Below are positions 19,833 through 32,211 of a stretch of 60,561 nt of DNA, piece after piece. A model generated the notes under the pieces. That model did not search any database and was not told where the DNA came from. It saw nothing but the letters and a program-made list of their open reading frames with translations. Position 1 is the stretch's first letter. Each line of letters starts with the position of its first letter. The stretch is from a virus (taxonomy: Duplodnaviria; Caudoviricetes). A program made the translations under genes and the position numbers. The stretch is taken from the IMG/VR virus record IMGVR_UViG_3300020179_000033, positions 1-60,561 of that record; one strand, 5' to 3'.

Positions 19833-22800
19833 ATGGCTAATCAGGTCAATTATAGATACGTTTACTTTAGCGTAAAAGACTATACTGGTAATGAAACACT
19901 ATCCTCCTACACACTTCCAAATACCCCATTAACTTTTATTCCTGATTTTGTTATATCATTTTCTCCAGAAGAACGTACAAATATTTCTAATAAAAAAGTA
20001 GCGTGGGATTTCGGTGACGGAACGTACTCAACAGACTTAACTGCAACCCATCAATATAAATGTCCAGGTAATTACACGCCGGTCTTAACAATTTATGATA
20101 GGTTCGGAAATGCATTTGATAGTTCATATCAACCAACTATAAGCATTTATAATTTTATATATGATCAATTACAGTTTGAGGATTATAGAAAGTTTATTTA
20201 CGATGTTCCGGCAAGCAAGATAGATGACCCGTTAGTAATTAATCGCCACTCTAGTTGGCAATCATACAATGCATTAAGCGCAACAGGATATACGGTAAAT
20301 CTTTATGCTTCTGGTGCTGCAGGCGATTATTTAAATATAGAAAACTTTTTTGAAGACAAATGGTCGCATTTAAGAGCTTTAAGTAGGTTTGTTGAAAGAA
20401 GAAATATTGGTACTGAATCTGAATATTTTCCAGTAAACAAACTAGTTACTACTAATCAAGAAATTTATTGCAGGGTCAATAAATTTAAAGAGCTAGAACT
20501 ATGCGAAAAAAATAGCGAAGGCAGTGTATTCGCTGGTACTACCGGTTCTTGTACTTTCTATTATGTGGATGATAGAGCTAAAAACTTTACATCTAGAGAA
20601 TTCCCAATATTTTTATTTGCTACTTTAGATAGCTCAAAATTTAATGACAAATACTCATTATATAATAACTCTTTTGAATATATTAATTACCCGCCGTTTG
20701 GCTTTCAAATGTTAAAGCCAGCAGTCCTTCCGATTATCAAAGTAAGGCATAACCCAGCACAAAATCTTTCTATATCTACAACCGGAATTGACGGTGAGGG
20801 TACCCTTTCATCTACTAAATTTAACATACCTACTATATCTTGGGAGAATACTGAAATACCTTTTGTTGTAAAAATGAAAGATAATGCTAATTTTACAACA
20901 AAAACTTATCCTCCTCTTTCTTCCTCTACGGTAAACACCTCTCTTACCAGCCTTACAAGCTATGATTTAACTTTCGGGCTTATTGAACATACAGATACCG
21001 GGACAAGACCGTTTACAGCAGTTAAATTTTACCAAGATTTTACAGCAGATGCCCCTCAATCTATAGGAGCATTTTATAAAGGCTATTTTATACCTCAAGA
21101 AACAGCTTTTAACGTATCGCTCACGGCGTCTATAATAGTTCAAGATCCAATCAACTTTCCTAAAGATAGCTTAATAGGCTGGATAGCCGTTCCACAGTTT
21201 AATGTTCTTTTAAGATTTTTTAACTTACAAATTTATGATTATTGTAAAGGATTTTTAGATTTTACTACATCCGCAAGCGGTAAATTTTTCTATAATTATG
21301 AAAATAGAAATGTATACTCTATTCAAGTAGCACCCTCCGGCTCGCTTTTTGGCAGTGACTACCAAACTTGGTTTGCTGATGGTACTACTGATAATATTTT
21401 TAAATTTGATAGTAACGGTAATATATTGTCTTCATTTTCGTTATCTAGCTACCCCGCGTATGATGAGCTTAACATGGTTTCTTATACAATAGACTTGAGA
21501 TCAGACGTGCTTAGCAGTGCAGCTCCAGGCAGTATAGTAATGGATGGTAACAGTGATTTATGGGTTGCTTTGTTTGATGCTGTCTCTGCATTTAAAATAG
21601 ATAAAGATACCGGTTATATTAAAGCTATTGCTTATCCTAACACTTCTAATTTTGTTTATTACTTAAGTTCTGATTATAATATACCCGAATTAAGCGGATT
21701 TGCTGGTGAAAATTTATTACTCCCTGCTAGTATTGATGCAGATTTAAATAATAATATTTGGGTAACTTATACACACCCTGCATCAAACTTTTTAGTAAAA
21801 TATGATACAAACGGTAATGTTCTTAAAACTGTTGTATTTCCATTTTTACATTCACCTGTAGAGGTATGTATAGATAGAAACAAAAACGTTTGGCTTACCA
21901 CATACAATTTAACTACATCATCTACTAGTATTACTGGTAAAAATGATTACCTCTATAAGTTTGATACTGATGGTAACTTACTACCCGGGTATCCTTTATC
22001 TGGGTTTAAAATGATAGGAAATATTGCTATTGACGGGCAGCAAAACGCATGGGTTGCCCAAGACAGACAAACATTAACTAAAATAGACGCTTTAACAAAA
22101 CTTACAACAAATTATATTGCTGGTTCAGGTAACACTACAAATTATATTCAAAGCTTTGGTGGTATAGCGTGTGATACAGCTTCTTTTATTTGGGCTATTA
22201 ATAATTTTGATCAAAAATTATATTTTATAGATGCAACCGAGCAACCTAAGCCTATACAGGAGATACCCTATATAGACTTAATTTTACCAGGTAATAGTTT
22301 ACAAAACCCTATTTCTACTTTTGAAGAAAAGCAATTTCAGGCTTATGGGGATTGGTTAGGTAGCAGATGGCTTAACAAATATATTGATAGTAGCGCTACA
22401 ATCAGAACATTAACAGGAGAATCTAATCTTTTTAATCTTTATCCGTTGTCAGGTAGATATAATATCTCCAAGATTAATGAAGACTTTGATGCAGAATCAT
22501 ATTATAAATCTTTAATACTAACAGAAACATTAGAAGACAAGTTTATATTTTTTAATAGCTTCTTAGGTACAATTGTAGGTAATTTGACTTCACAGCCATA
22601 CGAGCTAGGTAAAACAGTTTATGAAAAAATAGCAAATTATGTATCTAATACTGCCGATATTGATATAGTTAATCTCGATCAACTATTATCTTTCTGTAAA
22701 GAACTTTCTATTCAATTTGAACAATACAATTATCCATTCCCTCCCCAGCTTGCTCGTTTAATTAATATTTTATCAATTAAACATAAGAAACTATGGGGAG

Positions 22801-23297
22801 AAAAAAATAAATTCGAACTACAGTTTAAAAATTACGGTGCTAGTACTAGTAAAAATTTAGGTACTCAACTCTCAACACTTACGAGTATAATTTCTTCTGG
22901 TCAACCTTTAGTAGCATATGAAAAATTTTCTGATACCTATCTTCTAGTTAATAATGTTGAGGTACTATCTTCTAATCAAACACTAAGTTATGGTACTCTA
23001 ATACCCCTATCTTCGTATAATTATGATTGGGGTTGGGGTCTAGTTGCACCTAAATCATTATCAGGTAATAGAATATCTGATTATTATTTATTCTACACTT
23101 TTATACCCACATTTGAAGGCTCTTACAAAGAAAATGTTATAGATTGGAATAACCCTATGACAACACTAAGCTTTTACAATAGCTCCTTTGCAGACTGGAG
23201 TAAAAACGACGGAATTATTCAAAATATACTTAGCTATGAACTAACTAAGGGTCTTCGACTGTTTTTAAGTGCTAGCGAGTTAGTATATAATAATTAA
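19833..23297 (+). CDS. Large baseplate-associated protein: PKD domain, beta-propeller repeats, gp7-like C-terminus
   Basis: WDFGDG...HQY PKD motif; repeated D-x-x-x-N-x-W-V blades; ADIDIVNLDQLLSFC; follows gp6. Confidence 0.65.
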   Translation: MANQVNYRYVYFSVKDYTGNETLSSYTLPNTPLTFIPDFVISFSPEERTNISNKKVAWDFGDGTYSTDLTATHQYKCPGNYTPVLTIYDRFGNAFDSSYQPTISIYNFIYDQLQFEDYRKFIYDVPASKIDDPLVINRHSSWQSYNALSATGYTVNLYASGAAGDYLNIENFFEDKWSHLRALSRFVERRNIGTESEYFPVNKLVTTNQEIYCRVNKFKELELCEKNSEGSVFAGTTGSCTFYYVDDRAKNFTSREFPIFLFATLDSSKFNDKYSLYNNSFEYINYPPFGFQMLKPAVLPIIKVRHNPAQNLSISTTGIDGEGTLSSTKFNIPTISWENTEIPFVVKMKDNANFTTKTYPPLSSSTVNTSLTSLTSYDLTFGLIEHTDTGTRPFTAVKFYQDFTADAPQSIGAFYKGYFIPQETAFNVSLTASIIVQDPINFPKDSLIGWIAVPQFNVLLRFFNLQIYDYCKGFLDFTTSASGKFFYNYENRNVYSIQVAPSGSLFGSDYQTWFADGTTDNIFKFDSNGNILSSFSLSSYPAYDELNMVSYTIDLRSDVLSSAAPGSIVMDGNSDLWVALFDAVSAFKIDKDTGYIKAIAYPNTSNFVYYLSSDYNIPELSGFAGENLLLPASIDADLNNNIWVTYTHPASNFLVKYDTNGNVLKTVVFPFLHSPVEVCIDRNKNVWLTTYNLTTSSTSITGKNDYLYKFDTDGNLLPGYPLSGFKMIGNIAIDGQQNAWVAQDRQTLTKIDALTKLTTNYIAGSGNTTNYIQSFGGIACDTASFIWAINNFDQKLYFIDATEQPKPIQEIPYIDLILPGNSLQNPISTFEEKQFQAYGDWLGSRWLNKYIDSSATIRTLTGESNLFNLYPLSGRYNISKINEDFDAESYYKSLILTETLEDKFIFFNSFLGTIVGNLTSQPYELGKTVYEKIANYVSNTADIDIVNLDQLLSFCKELSIQFEQYNYPFPPQLARLINILSIKHKKLWGEKNKFELQFKNYGASTSKNLGTQLSTLTSIISSGQPLVAYEKFSDTYLLVNNVEVLSSNQTLSYGTLIPLSSYNYDWGWGLVAPKSLSGNRISDYYLFYTFIPTFEGSYKENVIDWNNPMTTLSFYNSSFADWSKNDGIIQNILSYELTKGLRLFLSASELVYNN

Positions 23298-23300
23298 ATA
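23295..23300 (+). promoter_or_regulatory. Late promoter core TAAATA
   Basis: Overlaps the upstream stop; 5 nt before ATG 23306. Confidence 0.65.
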
Positions 23301-23305
23301 ATTAG

Positions 23306-26300
23306 ATGCTTGACTCTAGTAGATATATTGACGAAAGAATAGCTAATTCAATAACATCGTCAGATAGGTCAGACTTTCCTGTTGATCAGACTAGTCCTTT
23401 AACGTTTCAAGAATGGTTAAAGTATAATAATACTCTATTTACTAATACAGATGATTTTCTTGTAAGATATCAATCTTATTTAAACAATTGGTATATATCT
23501 AAAAATTTTAATACTACACAACATGAAGATTCCATAAAGCAAATGTATGTTTTGCTTATCAATGAAATAGTCATCTCGTACACTTCATCTGATGAAAAGA
23601 GATGGTTGAAAAATATAGACTTTAATAATCCTAAAGATTTGGCTGTAGCTATTCCTTTTTTTGCGCAAAAAATAAAAGACATATGTCTTTATTATAGCAC
23701 TTTAAGAGATGATGTTAGAACTGCAGAGCTTAGATATAGTCTTAAAGGTTCGAACTATGGTATTGAGAAATTAGTTTATAATGAAATTTCTAAATCATTA
23801 GAAACTGAAGATTTAACTGATCTTATTAGAACGCTTTCTCTTTCTTTATCTAATGTTAGAAATAATTTAGTAATTGAAATAGAAGATTTATATGATACTT
23901 ACCCCTCATACCTTGATGTAAGCTATAATAAACCAGCATCAACATACCAAGCTACCGGTACTAGAAAGGACTATTTTAATTATAATCAATATAACATTGA
24001 CCCACAGATTTCGATTGATTTCAACTCAGCAATTGTTTCTGCTATAACATCATATCCTTTCTTTTTAATAGAATTGGGCTCGAATAATTTTAGCATAACA
24101 CCTCAAGTAGGTGCATCTGATTTAAATCTATTAAAAGATAGTGACTACATTAATACAGTTAATAATGAACAAGAATCAAATTTAAATATAAATCTCGAGC
24201 AATTACAATTAGAAAAATTTATAGGTACTGATTTTTATTACCTTTCTACCGGATCTACTAAAAGCGCTTATGTGTCTGGTCTACTCGCTATTTCAAACAA
24301 CCCTTTTGCAAATTATCTTAATAAAAGATACCCTGCTGTTGCTGCTATACCCGAAACTAGCTTTATTAAAACAGCAAAACAGATAGGGCTATTTTTTAAA
24401 CCCGATAAGCTTGGTATCTCTAATTTTAACTGTTTTGGTGTACAGAGTTTTATAGATACTAGCGCATTAAGTGCAAATACATTGTACGTATTTCCTGATC
24501 CTTCAAAATATGGTAATATATCAGGGCTTTCACAAGAAGAATTTAATTACCCACTGGTAATTTTAGAAGATAACTATTTAAATAAAGTAGATTTTTCCAA
24601 TCAATATATGTTTGGTGAAAGCGATACAAGCCCCTACCTTCAAACATTTAGAGCGTACGAAAGCAGAGAACAGTCACTGCAATTACCTACGCAAGGTTTA
24701 TCTAGATATATAGATGCTCAGGACTTTTTTAAAGGAGATATACGTTCAATATGGTCTAATGAAGATATATTTCCTATTATACCTAAAAATTATTTTCCAA
24801 TTGAAAGCAGATTGGAAAAACTATATTCTATTGATCAAACACTCGTAACTTATAAAACTGATATATATGGAAATAGCTATAGTTTATACAAAAATATACA
24901 CCCTGCAAAAAAACTAACTAATACATTTAATTCTAACGAAGGAGAATTATTTAAGTACTGTAAAATATTAAATGGTTATTCTTTTTATGACAATGTGTCG
25001 GGGTATAATTTTGACTGGACGGAAGAAGACCCTTCTAGAGACTATTCTGGAGTAATATTAAAAACAACAACAAACATTCCTCCAGGTACAGGGTATTTTA
25101 CTAGAGCATCTTCACTTACAGGCGTTTCTCCGCTGTCGGCACAATACTACAACAATGGTATACCGTTATTTGCACTTTCAGGAACAATTACTCCTATTAT
25201 ATCTTATAGATTTCAACCAGAAACTTTTTGCTCAGAAACATTAGTAACTAGGTTTTTGTGCAATACTTTTGATTGTGTTGAGTTTAAGGGCAAAGGGGGA
25301 GTAGCTCTTCCTGATGTTTGCTCCGATCTACCCTCTTATAATGCAGAAACAGACGATTTATATTATACCGACTTAATTGATAGTGGAGCATCGCCTACAG
25401 GCCCAGATTTTAGACCGAATTTTGAGCACCCACCAATCTTTACATATACACCCTATTTTACAGCAGTAAAAAATATTGAAGGTGGAGCTTACTTGTTTAA
25501 CGGTGAACAGCCCTGCGGAAGTATAGTTGCTACTAGAAAAGTTGTATATGCAGAAAAAAATAACTTTTTAGATTATAAATTACCTAACAGAAATACTTTA
25601 GTAATTGAAGGAATTAGTGGTGCACCTTATAAGAAATCTTTATATGAAGTAAAATTTAAGGAGTACGGTACCGGTTACTTTAGAGATTCAAACTCCCTAC
25701 AGATCGTCCCGCTTTCTACTGCACTTAGTGGAATTTATACTAAATTTAATCAAGAAATACTTGCCGAACTAAATACAAAACTTATTAATTTCGATGTCTA
25801 TTACGATACCGTACAATTTGAAACAGAAAATTATTTAATTCTTGATAAAATTAAATTTGATTATAATACCAATTTAATAGAAAATGTTACTAAATCAGAT
25901 GCATATTTCTTTAGAGGAAATAATATTAATTTTGAACATATTTCTACTGTTTGGTTTAATGAATTAAAAGATACATTATTCTTTTGCAAGATGGTGCTAT
26001 ATCCTTCTTTAAGCGCAACTAATAAAAAGATAATTTATCCTGAAATTTATACGGTAGACTCTAAAAATTTAAATGTAACTAAACTATACCCACCAATTCC
26101 AGATAGCACTCTTGATGCGGAATACCTTTCTCAGTTTTCTCTATCTGGAAAAAACATAGAGCTTAATATTGTTGAAATTGAAAAGCCTATACTTACGTTT
26201 GATTATCAAACAGAAAGCTTTGTAATTACATATCTAGGTAAAGACCCAGCAAACGTATTTTATGTCTTTAAAATTTACTTTAAATATGTAAACGGTGTTA

Positions 26301-26446
26301 TAACTAATATTAATAATTTTATGTATAAGCTAACACCAGATGTATTTTCTAATAATTTCAATTCTGTGTACCCATACCAATATTCTACATATAATGTAAT
26401 AGGCAGCTCTGGTGTAATAAATGGTATATTCAATTTTGGCCTATGA
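23306..26446 (+). CDS. Large hypothetical virion/baseplate protein
   Basis: 1046-aa ORF with a late promoter, in structural gene context. Confidence 0.6.
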   Translation: MLDSSRYIDERIANSITSSDRSDFPVDQTSPLTFQEWLKYNNTLFTNTDDFLVRYQSYLNNWYISKNFNTTQHEDSIKQMYVLLINEIVISYTSSDEKRWLKNIDFNNPKDLAVAIPFFAQKIKDICLYYSTLRDDVRTAELRYSLKGSNYGIEKLVYNEISKSLETEDLTDLIRTLSLSLSNVRNNLVIEIEDLYDTYPSYLDVSYNKPASTYQATGTRKDYFNYNQYNIDPQISIDFNSAIVSAITSYPFFLIELGSNNFSITPQVGASDLNLLKDSDYINTVNNEQESNLNINLEQLQLEKFIGTDFYYLSTGSTKSAYVSGLLAISNNPFANYLNKRYPAVAAIPETSFIKTAKQIGLFFKPDKLGISNFNCFGVQSFIDTSALSANTLYVFPDPSKYGNISGLSQEEFNYPLVILEDNYLNKVDFSNQYMFGESDTSPYLQTFRAYESREQSLQLPTQGLSRYIDAQDFFKGDIRSIWSNEDIFPIIPKNYFPIESRLEKLYSIDQTLVTYKTDIYGNSYSLYKNIHPAKKLTNTFNSNEGELFKYCKILNGYSFYDNVSGYNFDWTEEDPSRDYSGVILKTTTNIPPGTGYFTRASSLTGVSPLSAQYYNNGIPLFALSGTITPIISYRFQPETFCSETLVTRFLCNTFDCVEFKGKGGVALPDVCSDLPSYNAETDDLYYTDLIDSGASPTGPDFRPNFEHPPIFTYTPYFTAVKNIEGGAYLFNGEQPCGSIVATRKVVYAEKNNFLDYKLPNRNTLVIEGISGAPYKKSLYEVKFKEYGTGYFRDSNSLQIVPLSTALSGIYTKFNQEILAELNTKLINFDVYYDTVQFETENYLILDKIKFDYNTNLIENVTKSDAYFFRGNNINFEHISTVWFNELKDTLFFCKMVLYPSLSATNKKIIYPEIYTVDSKNLNVTKLYPPIPDSTLDAEYLSQFSLSGKNIELNIVEIEKPILTFDYQTESFVITYLGKDPANVFYVFKIYFKYVNGVITNINNFMYKLTPDVFSNNFNSVYPYQYSTYNVIGSSGVINGIFNFGL

Positions 26447-28167
26447 TACAAGATTATTTTTTTACCCCTAATAACAAAACATCTATAGTTTTCTTAGATA
26501 AAACTATTGATACTGCAAGAGACTATATTATAACTTTCGACTACTGCTGCTACGGTCCGGGTGTCTCAGGTTCAGAGGGATTTAGTTTGTTTTTCGTTGA
26601 CAATCAAGTAGCTAATATACAAGGAGGGGGTATAGGACCCGGTTTAGGCGTAACTGCATTAACTGGTTTATCCACACTACCACCATTTGGATTTCCTCAA
26701 ATTAAAAAATTTCCTGGTGTAGCAAAGACAAATTTTGTAATAGGTTTTGATGTAAGTGGGTTTTTTGGTTCCGATATTTTATTTTTAGATGGTAATTTTT
26801 ATCCTCAACCCAATACTATTTCTATAAGAAGCGGTTCGCAAGATAATTTTAAACTACTTTACACTACTGCCAATCTTTCATCTTCAGCATTCTCAGAACC
26901 TTTTAATCTATATCAACAATCAACTACGGGCGATGTCTATAAAACTTTTAGAATTAGAATTACTAATTTAGGTAAAACTGTAGTTGTAGATCACAAAAAC
27001 ACTTCTTCTAACAAATTTATAAACTTATTCTCTTATAATTTACCTAATAGTGCGCCTGTTTCAGTATTTCCTGCTCTGGGGTTTGGTAGAGGTCCTTCAG
27101 AGATGTTTTTAAGAGTAAAAAATATAAATGTTAACGGATTTTTCTTAACACCAACACCTACCTGCACCGTTACACCAACAAACACTGTCACACCTACTGT
27201 TACACCTACAAATTCTGTAACACCGACAAACACTGTTACACCTACAAGAACACCTACTATAACACCGACAAACACTGTTACACCTTCTATTACACCTACT
27301 ATAACACCGACAAACACTGTTACACCTTCTATTACACCTACAGAAACCGTCACGCCTACAGTTACACCAACTGAAACCGTCACACCTACAGTTACACCAA
27401 CTGAAACCGTTACACCGACAATTACACCTACTGAAACAGTAACACCCACTATAACACCCACCACTACAATCACACCTACCAACACAGTTACACCTACAAG
27501 AACACCTACTATAACACCTACAATGACTAAAACACCTACTAATACGCCTACCAACTCTGTTACCCCTACAATAACACCTACTAACTCAGTTACACCTTCA
27601 ATTACGCCCACGATGACTAAAACACCAACAAATACGCCTACAGTTACAGTCAGTCCCTATGTAGCAAGCTTTGCTTCTAATCAAACTAGTATTACTATAC
27701 CTGCTGCTGGTCAAGCAAGTGTTTATCCTATAACATTTACTGCTAATACTACTGTTGCACCTTCAAGAGTCATATTATCTCTTAATAATTTTAACCATTC
27801 TTCACCTTATGATCTAGGAATGTTACTAGTATCACCTAACAACATAAATTGTTTGGTAGCAGGTAAAATACCGTTTGATCCAGATGATCCTCAGCCTGCA
27901 GTTAGCGTCTATGTAACACTAGATGGTACAGCGTCAACACCGTGGAATGCATATTCATCCGGTACTTTCGATACAAATTACGACCCAACAAAGACTTTCC
28001 CATTCACTTCCCCTGCACCTGCAGGGCCATATAATAATACTTTAGACGTGTTTAATGGTATTACTGCTGGAAACGCTACAGGAACATGGAGACTTTATAT
28101 ATTTGACTTTACTTCTGGCGATACAGGCTCTCTTGCAAGTGCTACTCTAAGTTTCATATACAGTTGA
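26443..28167 (+). CDS. Legume-lectin-like domain + Thr/Pro stalk + proprotein convertase P-domain protein
   Basis: ITFDY...EGFSLFF...GPGLG...IGFD (L-lectin-like); about 170 aa of TPT repeats; [14 protein letters not shown]...FNG...GTWRLYIFD...DTGSL (P-domain). Confidence 0.7.
   Translation: MIQDYFFTPNNKTSIVFLDKTIDTARDYIITFDYCCYGPGVSGSEGFSLFFVDNQVANIQGGGIGPGLGVTALTGLSTLPPFGFPQIKKFPGVAKTNFVIGFDVSGFFGSDILFLDGNFYPQPNTISIRSGSQDNFKLLYTTANLSSSAFSEPFNLYQQSTTGDVYKTFRIRITNLGKTVVVDHKNTSSNKFINLFSYNLPNSAPVSVFPALGFGRGPSEMFLRVKNINVNGFFLTPTPTCTVTPTNTVTPTVTPTNSVTPTNTVTPTRTPTITPTNTVTPSITPTITPTNTVTPSITPTETVTPTVTPTETVTPTVTPTETVTPTITPTETVTPTITPTTTITPTNTVTPTRTPTITPTMTKTPTNTPTNSVTPTITPTNSVTPSITPTMTKTPTNTPTVTVSPYVASFASNQTSITIPAAGQASVYPITFTANTTVAPSRVILSLNNFNHSSPYDLGMLLVSPNNINCLVAGKIPFDPDDPQPAVSVYVTLDGTASTPWNAYSSGTFDTNYDPTKTFPFTSPAPAGPYNNTLDVFNGITAGNATGTWRLYIFDFTSGDTGSLASATLSFIYS
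27148..27657 (+). repeat. Coding Thr/Pro low-complexity tract
   Basis: Degenerate TPT(E/N)TV and TPTI units. Confidence 0.95.
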
Positions 28168-28192
28168 TAATGGATTTACAATAGTATATAAT
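28164..28192 (+). promoter_or_regulatory. Sigma70-type promoter of the glycosyltransferase cluster
   Basis: TTGATA-17 nt-TATAAT; an alternative TGGATT-16-TAAAAT ends 6 nt before GTG 28205. Confidence 0.55.
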
Positions 28193-28204
28193 TAAAATAT
28201 ACTT

Positions 28205-29446
28205 GTGAAAATATTCATTTCTATTGCATCGTATCGAGATCCAGAACTACTACCAACAATTAGAGATTGCATTTCAAATGCAAAACACCCCGAAAATTTA
28301 AGATTTGGCATTGCATGGCAAAAAGATGAAAAAGAGACATTAGGTGAGTTTGCAACTGACTCAAGATTTAGAGTTATTGAAATACCTTATCAAGAAAGTA
28401 AAGGAACATGTTGGGCTCGTAACGCAATTCAAGAAAAATATGATGGAGAAAAGTATCATTTACAGCTAGATAGTCATCATCGCTTTATAAAGCATTGGGA
28501 TGTTGAATGCATTCAAATGATAAAAGACTTACAGGATAGAGGACATAAAAAGCCATTGCTTACTGGTTATATTTCTAGCTTTAATCCCACTAATGATCCC
28601 GCTGAGCGGATTAATGTACCGTGGAAGATGAATTTTGATAGGTTTATACCGGAAGGTGCAGTATTCTTTTTACCTGCTTCTATTGATGATTTTAAGACAC
28701 GTTCCTTACCGGTACCAGCAAGATTTGTATCTGCACATTTTATTTTTACACTAGGCAAATGGATTAAAGAAGTACCGTACGATCCGTTTTACTACTTTCA
28801 TGGTGAAGAAATTAACCTTGCAGTAAGATCTTATACATGGGGATATGATTTATTTCACCCTCATAAAGTTGTAGCGTGGCATGAATATACACGCCGCGGT
28901 AGAACTAAACACTGGGATGATATTAAAGACTGGGTTGATATGAATAACAAGTCTCATCTTCGTAACCGTAAGTTATTTGAGATGGATGGTGAAAAGAAGG
29001 ACATAAAGTTTGGTAAATATGATTTTGGTAAAAAGAGAACAGTAGCAGAATACGAGAGATATGCAGGTATTTGCTTTAAAAAGAGAGCAGTACAAAGATA
29101 TACTCTAGATTATAATTACCCACCTAATCCAGAAGACTCAAAAATGTCTAATGAGGAATTTGATAAATCTTTATTGAGGATTTTTAAGCATTGTATCGAT
29201 ATTCGTTATGAACAAGTGCCTGAAAAGGATTATGATTTTTGGTGCGTTGCATTTAAAGATAAAGAAGGTAAAGACGTTTATCGTAAAGATGCTGATAAAG
29301 CAGAAATCGAAAGAATGTTTAACGATCCTGACAAATATTGTAAAGTTTGGCGTGAGTTTAATGCAGAAGGCTTACCTCATAGCTGGATAGTATGGCCTCA
29401 TAGTGTTTCTAAAGGTTGGGCAGACCCTATAACCGGTAATTTATAA
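28205..29446 (+). CDS. GT60-family polypeptide N-acetylglucosaminyltransferase (Skp1 Gnt1/Gnt2-like)
   Basis: IFISIASYRDPEL, SKGTCWAR, LQLDSHHRF..HWD, FVSAHFIF, EVPYDP..YFHGEE...AVRSYTWGYDLFHP, AWHEYTR. Confidence 0.88.
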   Translation: MKIFISIASYRDPELLPTIRDCISNAKHPENLRFGIAWQKDEKETLGEFATDSRFRVIEIPYQESKGTCWARNAIQEKYDGEKYHLQLDSHHRFIKHWDVECIQMIKDLQDRGHKKPLLTGYISSFNPTNDPAERINVPWKMNFDRFIPEGAVFFLPASIDDFKTRSLPVPARFVSAHFIFTLGKWIKEVPYDPFYYFHGEEINLAVRSYTWGYDLFHPHKVVAWHEYTRRGRTKHWDDIKDWVDMNNKSHLRNRKLFEMDGEKKDIKFGKYDFGKKRTVAEYERYAGICFKKRAVQRYTLDYNYPPNPEDSKMSNEEFDKSLLRIFKHCIDIRYEQVPEKDYDFWCVAFKDKEGKDVYRKDADKAEIERMFNDPDKYCKVWREFNAEGLPHSWIVWPHSVSKGWADPITGNL

Positions 29447-30417
29447 TGTTAAAAATTGCTTTTCATGACAATAATTTATGTCTAAGAGGGTCGTCTGTAG
29501 CTTTATATCAATACGCGCATTATAATGAAAAAATATTGGGTAATAAAAGTTATGTCCTGAGTTGCCCAACAGCTAATCTAGATGCTTTACCTAAATTTAA
29601 GGAACGTTTCGATGTACATTTAGCTCATTTTCATGATCATACACCTTTTTTAGTACAAAATAAGATTGATTATTTGTATGTTATAAAGGCAGGTGGTGTT
29701 GACGGTGTAGCAATGAGTAATCCACCGACACTAGTACACGCAGTTTTTTGTTCTAAAACACCTCATGGTCATAGATATGCTTATGTTTCAGATTGGCTTT
29801 GTAAAGCTATGGGATTTGATGTTGAAAAGCATTCTGTACCCCATATTGCTGAGCCTTTACCTTCCCCAGCATATTCTTTAAGAGAAAAATTAGGTATATC
29901 TCCTAATAAAAGAGTATTCGGCTGTTATGCAGGGTTTACTGAATTTAATATTACTTGGGTACAAGAGTTAATATGCTATTTAGCAGCTGAAAACCCAGAT
30001 CTTGTTTTTATGTTTATGAATATAGAGGATTTTAGATTTAGATGGCCAAATGCACCTACTACTACGCATAATAATATTATTTTCTTACCCGGTACTTATG
30101 ATATGCATGAAAAAGCTGCATTTGTGAATGCGTGTGATGCGATGATTCATGCTCGTGGAGGAGGTGAAACGTTTGGATGTGCTGTTGCAGAGTTTAGTAT
30201 GGCTAATAAACCTGTGATCACTTACGGTGAATCAGGTGAACGCAGTCATATAGAGTTGCTTGGTGAAAGAGGTATTTTTTATAAAACACCGGATGAACTT
30301 AAGGATATATTCTTAAATTTTCCTAAATATGTTAAATATGATGATTATTATAAATCATATGATTGCTGTAGCCCTGAAATTATAATGGAAAAGTTTGATA
30401 AAGTATTTTTAAAATGA
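29446..30417 (+). CDS. GT-B glycosyltransferase (GT4-like)
   Basis: RGSSVALYQYA; LREKLGI; FVNACDAMIHARGGGETFGCAVAEF (E-x7-E motif). Confidence 0.85.
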   Translation: MLKIAFHDNNLCLRGSSVALYQYAHYNEKILGNKSYVLSCPTANLDALPKFKERFDVHLAHFHDHTPFLVQNKIDYLYVIKAGGVDGVAMSNPPTLVHAVFCSKTPHGHRYAYVSDWLCKAMGFDVEKHSVPHIAEPLPSPAYSLREKLGISPNKRVFGCYAGFTEFNITWVQELICYLAAENPDLVFMFMNIEDFRFRWPNAPTTTHNNIIFLPGTYDMHEKAAFVNACDAMIHARGGGETFGCAVAEFSMANKPVITYGESGERSHIELLGERGIFYKTPDELKDIFLNFPKYVKYDDYYKSYDCCSPEIIMEKFDKVFLK

Positions 30418-31253
30418 AAAATAAAATTTTAGTCAGTGCAATTTGCTTTGTTAATAGAAAAAAACCTGGAGCTGAAATTTATGCTACATTTACACGTCGT
30501 TTAATTAATGATGTAATGGTTAAATCACCCTATGATGTAAGAATTGTAACTAATGAGCCAGATCATTTTAAAGAAGATTTAGATAAATGGGGTGAACGAG
30601 TAACAATAAAGCACGATGATTTATCAAAAAATCAATTAACTGTAGGTCCCTTCAATCAGAATTTAAAATACAAGACATTAGAAAATATACCTGAAAAGTA
30701 TCATTGGGTATTATACTTAGATTGCGATGCGGGTTTTACAGATGTGCTGGATGTCACAGAAATTGATTCACATATTGAGCATTGGGAAAAACAGGGTTAT
30801 GATATGCTAGCAACTAGAACTAATTGTACAGTTCTTGGCGAGCTTCAACAATATAAAAATTGGGAACAAGACCATCAGAATGAAATAGCTAAAGGTAATA
30901 CCAGTCATTGGTACCAAGGGGGGCTATTTACTAGAAAATTTAATTTTTATAATGTTACACTTGAAAACGGTCCTGTAGAATGGTTTGATGCTATTTTACC
31001 CAGTGAGCATGTTTTTTTAGTTAAAAATAACAACAAACTCGCAAAAATGGCTGAAGAATTTGAAAAGCTTAATCAAAAGTTTGAAACTCAAGTTACACTG
31101 CCCTACATTGTTACTTGGGATATGGAAGCATTTGAAATAGGCGTTTCTGCTAAAATAGCCGGCTACAATATTGGTGATTTCGATAACTACGGTCTTTATC
31201 ATGTTATAAAAGTGGTATGTAATCATAATAATTGGGAAAAAGTTAAATTTTAA
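30414..31253 (+). CDS. GT-A fold glycosyltransferase (family unresolved)
   Basis: RIVTNEP...FNQNLK...WVLYLDCD (DxD motif); cluster context. Confidence 0.65.
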   Translation: MKNKILVSAICFVNRKKPGAEIYATFTRRLINDVMVKSPYDVRIVTNEPDHFKEDLDKWGERVTIKHDDLSKNQLTVGPFNQNLKYKTLENIPEKYHWVLYLDCDAGFTDVLDVTEIDSHIEHWEKQGYDMLATRTNCTVLGELQQYKNWEQDHQNEIAKGNTSHWYQGGLFTRKFNFYNVTLENGPVEWFDAILPSEHVFLVKNNNKLAKMAEEFEKLNQKFETQVTLPYIVTWDMEAFEIGVSAKIAGYNIGDFDNYGLYHVIKVVCNHNNWEKVKF

Positions 31254-31255
31254 TT

Positions 31256-32164
31256 ATGAAGTCAGTTCGTCTTAGAGCTTCTTGGACGAGTGATGAAGAA
31301 ATACTTAAGAGAATTCTCTTACAATTTAAGACATCTGATGAAGACGTTTCAGGCATTAATTTTGTTTTTGATGATAGCTATGATATAATAGTATTTTTTG
31401 GATACATTACAGGTGATATTAAACCAGGAACAAAAGCTTATGTGTTTCCACAAGAACCGTCCTGGTCAGGCGGGCATCCTAGATATTTTAGCGAACATAA
31501 TGGTTTAACTGTATTTGGATACGATAAAAACCTCTATTCAAATCCTAATGTAGTAACTGAAAGCATGAGTTATATGTTTTATGGCGGCAGAGGCCCTACA
31601 TCTGAAGGTTATGATCACTGGACATACGACTTTATTTCAAACTATAATTTTATTAAAACAAAAAATATAGGTTGCTTGATATCTACCTTGGGTACTGATG
31701 ACAGTGAAAAACCACCCGGGTGTATCTATAAAAAACGTATTAAACTAGTAGATCACCTCATAGAAAATGCTAGTTTTATAGATATTTTTGGGCGAAATGG
31801 AGATAAACCTAATTTAAAAGGAGATGCATTGTACAAGTTTGACGGATTAAAAGACTATAAATTTTCTATATGCTGTGAAAACTCTAGTGAAAAGAATTAT
31901 ATTAGTGAAAAGTTTTTTGACTGTATTATTACAAATACGGTACCTATATATTACGGTTGTAAGAATGTTGAAGACATTGTTCCAAAAAACTCTTTTATTT
32001 CTATAGATGTTGATGATTTAGATAGTACATTAAAAAAGTTACAATATGTTAGTGATAACTGTGACAGCTTGTATAATGAAATGCTACCTAATGTTATTAA
32101 GACAAAAAATATGTATTTTAATGACTTTAATATACTAAAAACAATAAAAAAGCTTTGTAACTAA
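31256..32164 (+). CDS. GT10 alpha-1,3/4-fucosyltransferase-like protein
   Basis: YKFSICCENS...NYISEKFFD...TVPIYYG is the GT10 motif; also QEP. Confidence 0.88.
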   Translation: MKSVRLRASWTSDEEILKRILLQFKTSDEDVSGINFVFDDSYDIIVFFGYITGDIKPGTKAYVFPQEPSWSGGHPRYFSEHNGLTVFGYDKNLYSNPNVVTESMSYMFYGGRGPTSEGYDHWTYDFISNYNFIKTKNIGCLISTLGTDDSEKPPGCIYKKRIKLVDHLIENASFIDIFGRNGDKPNLKGDALYKFDGLKDYKFSICCENSSEKNYISEKFFDCIITNTVPIYYGCKNVEDIVPKNSFISIDVDDLDSTLKKLQYVSDNCDSLYNEMLPNVIKTKNMYFNDFNILKTIKKLCN

Positions 32165-32211
32165 TACTTTACATATTGAAGCTTAAGAATTTTAAAATAT
32201 ATATTATATAA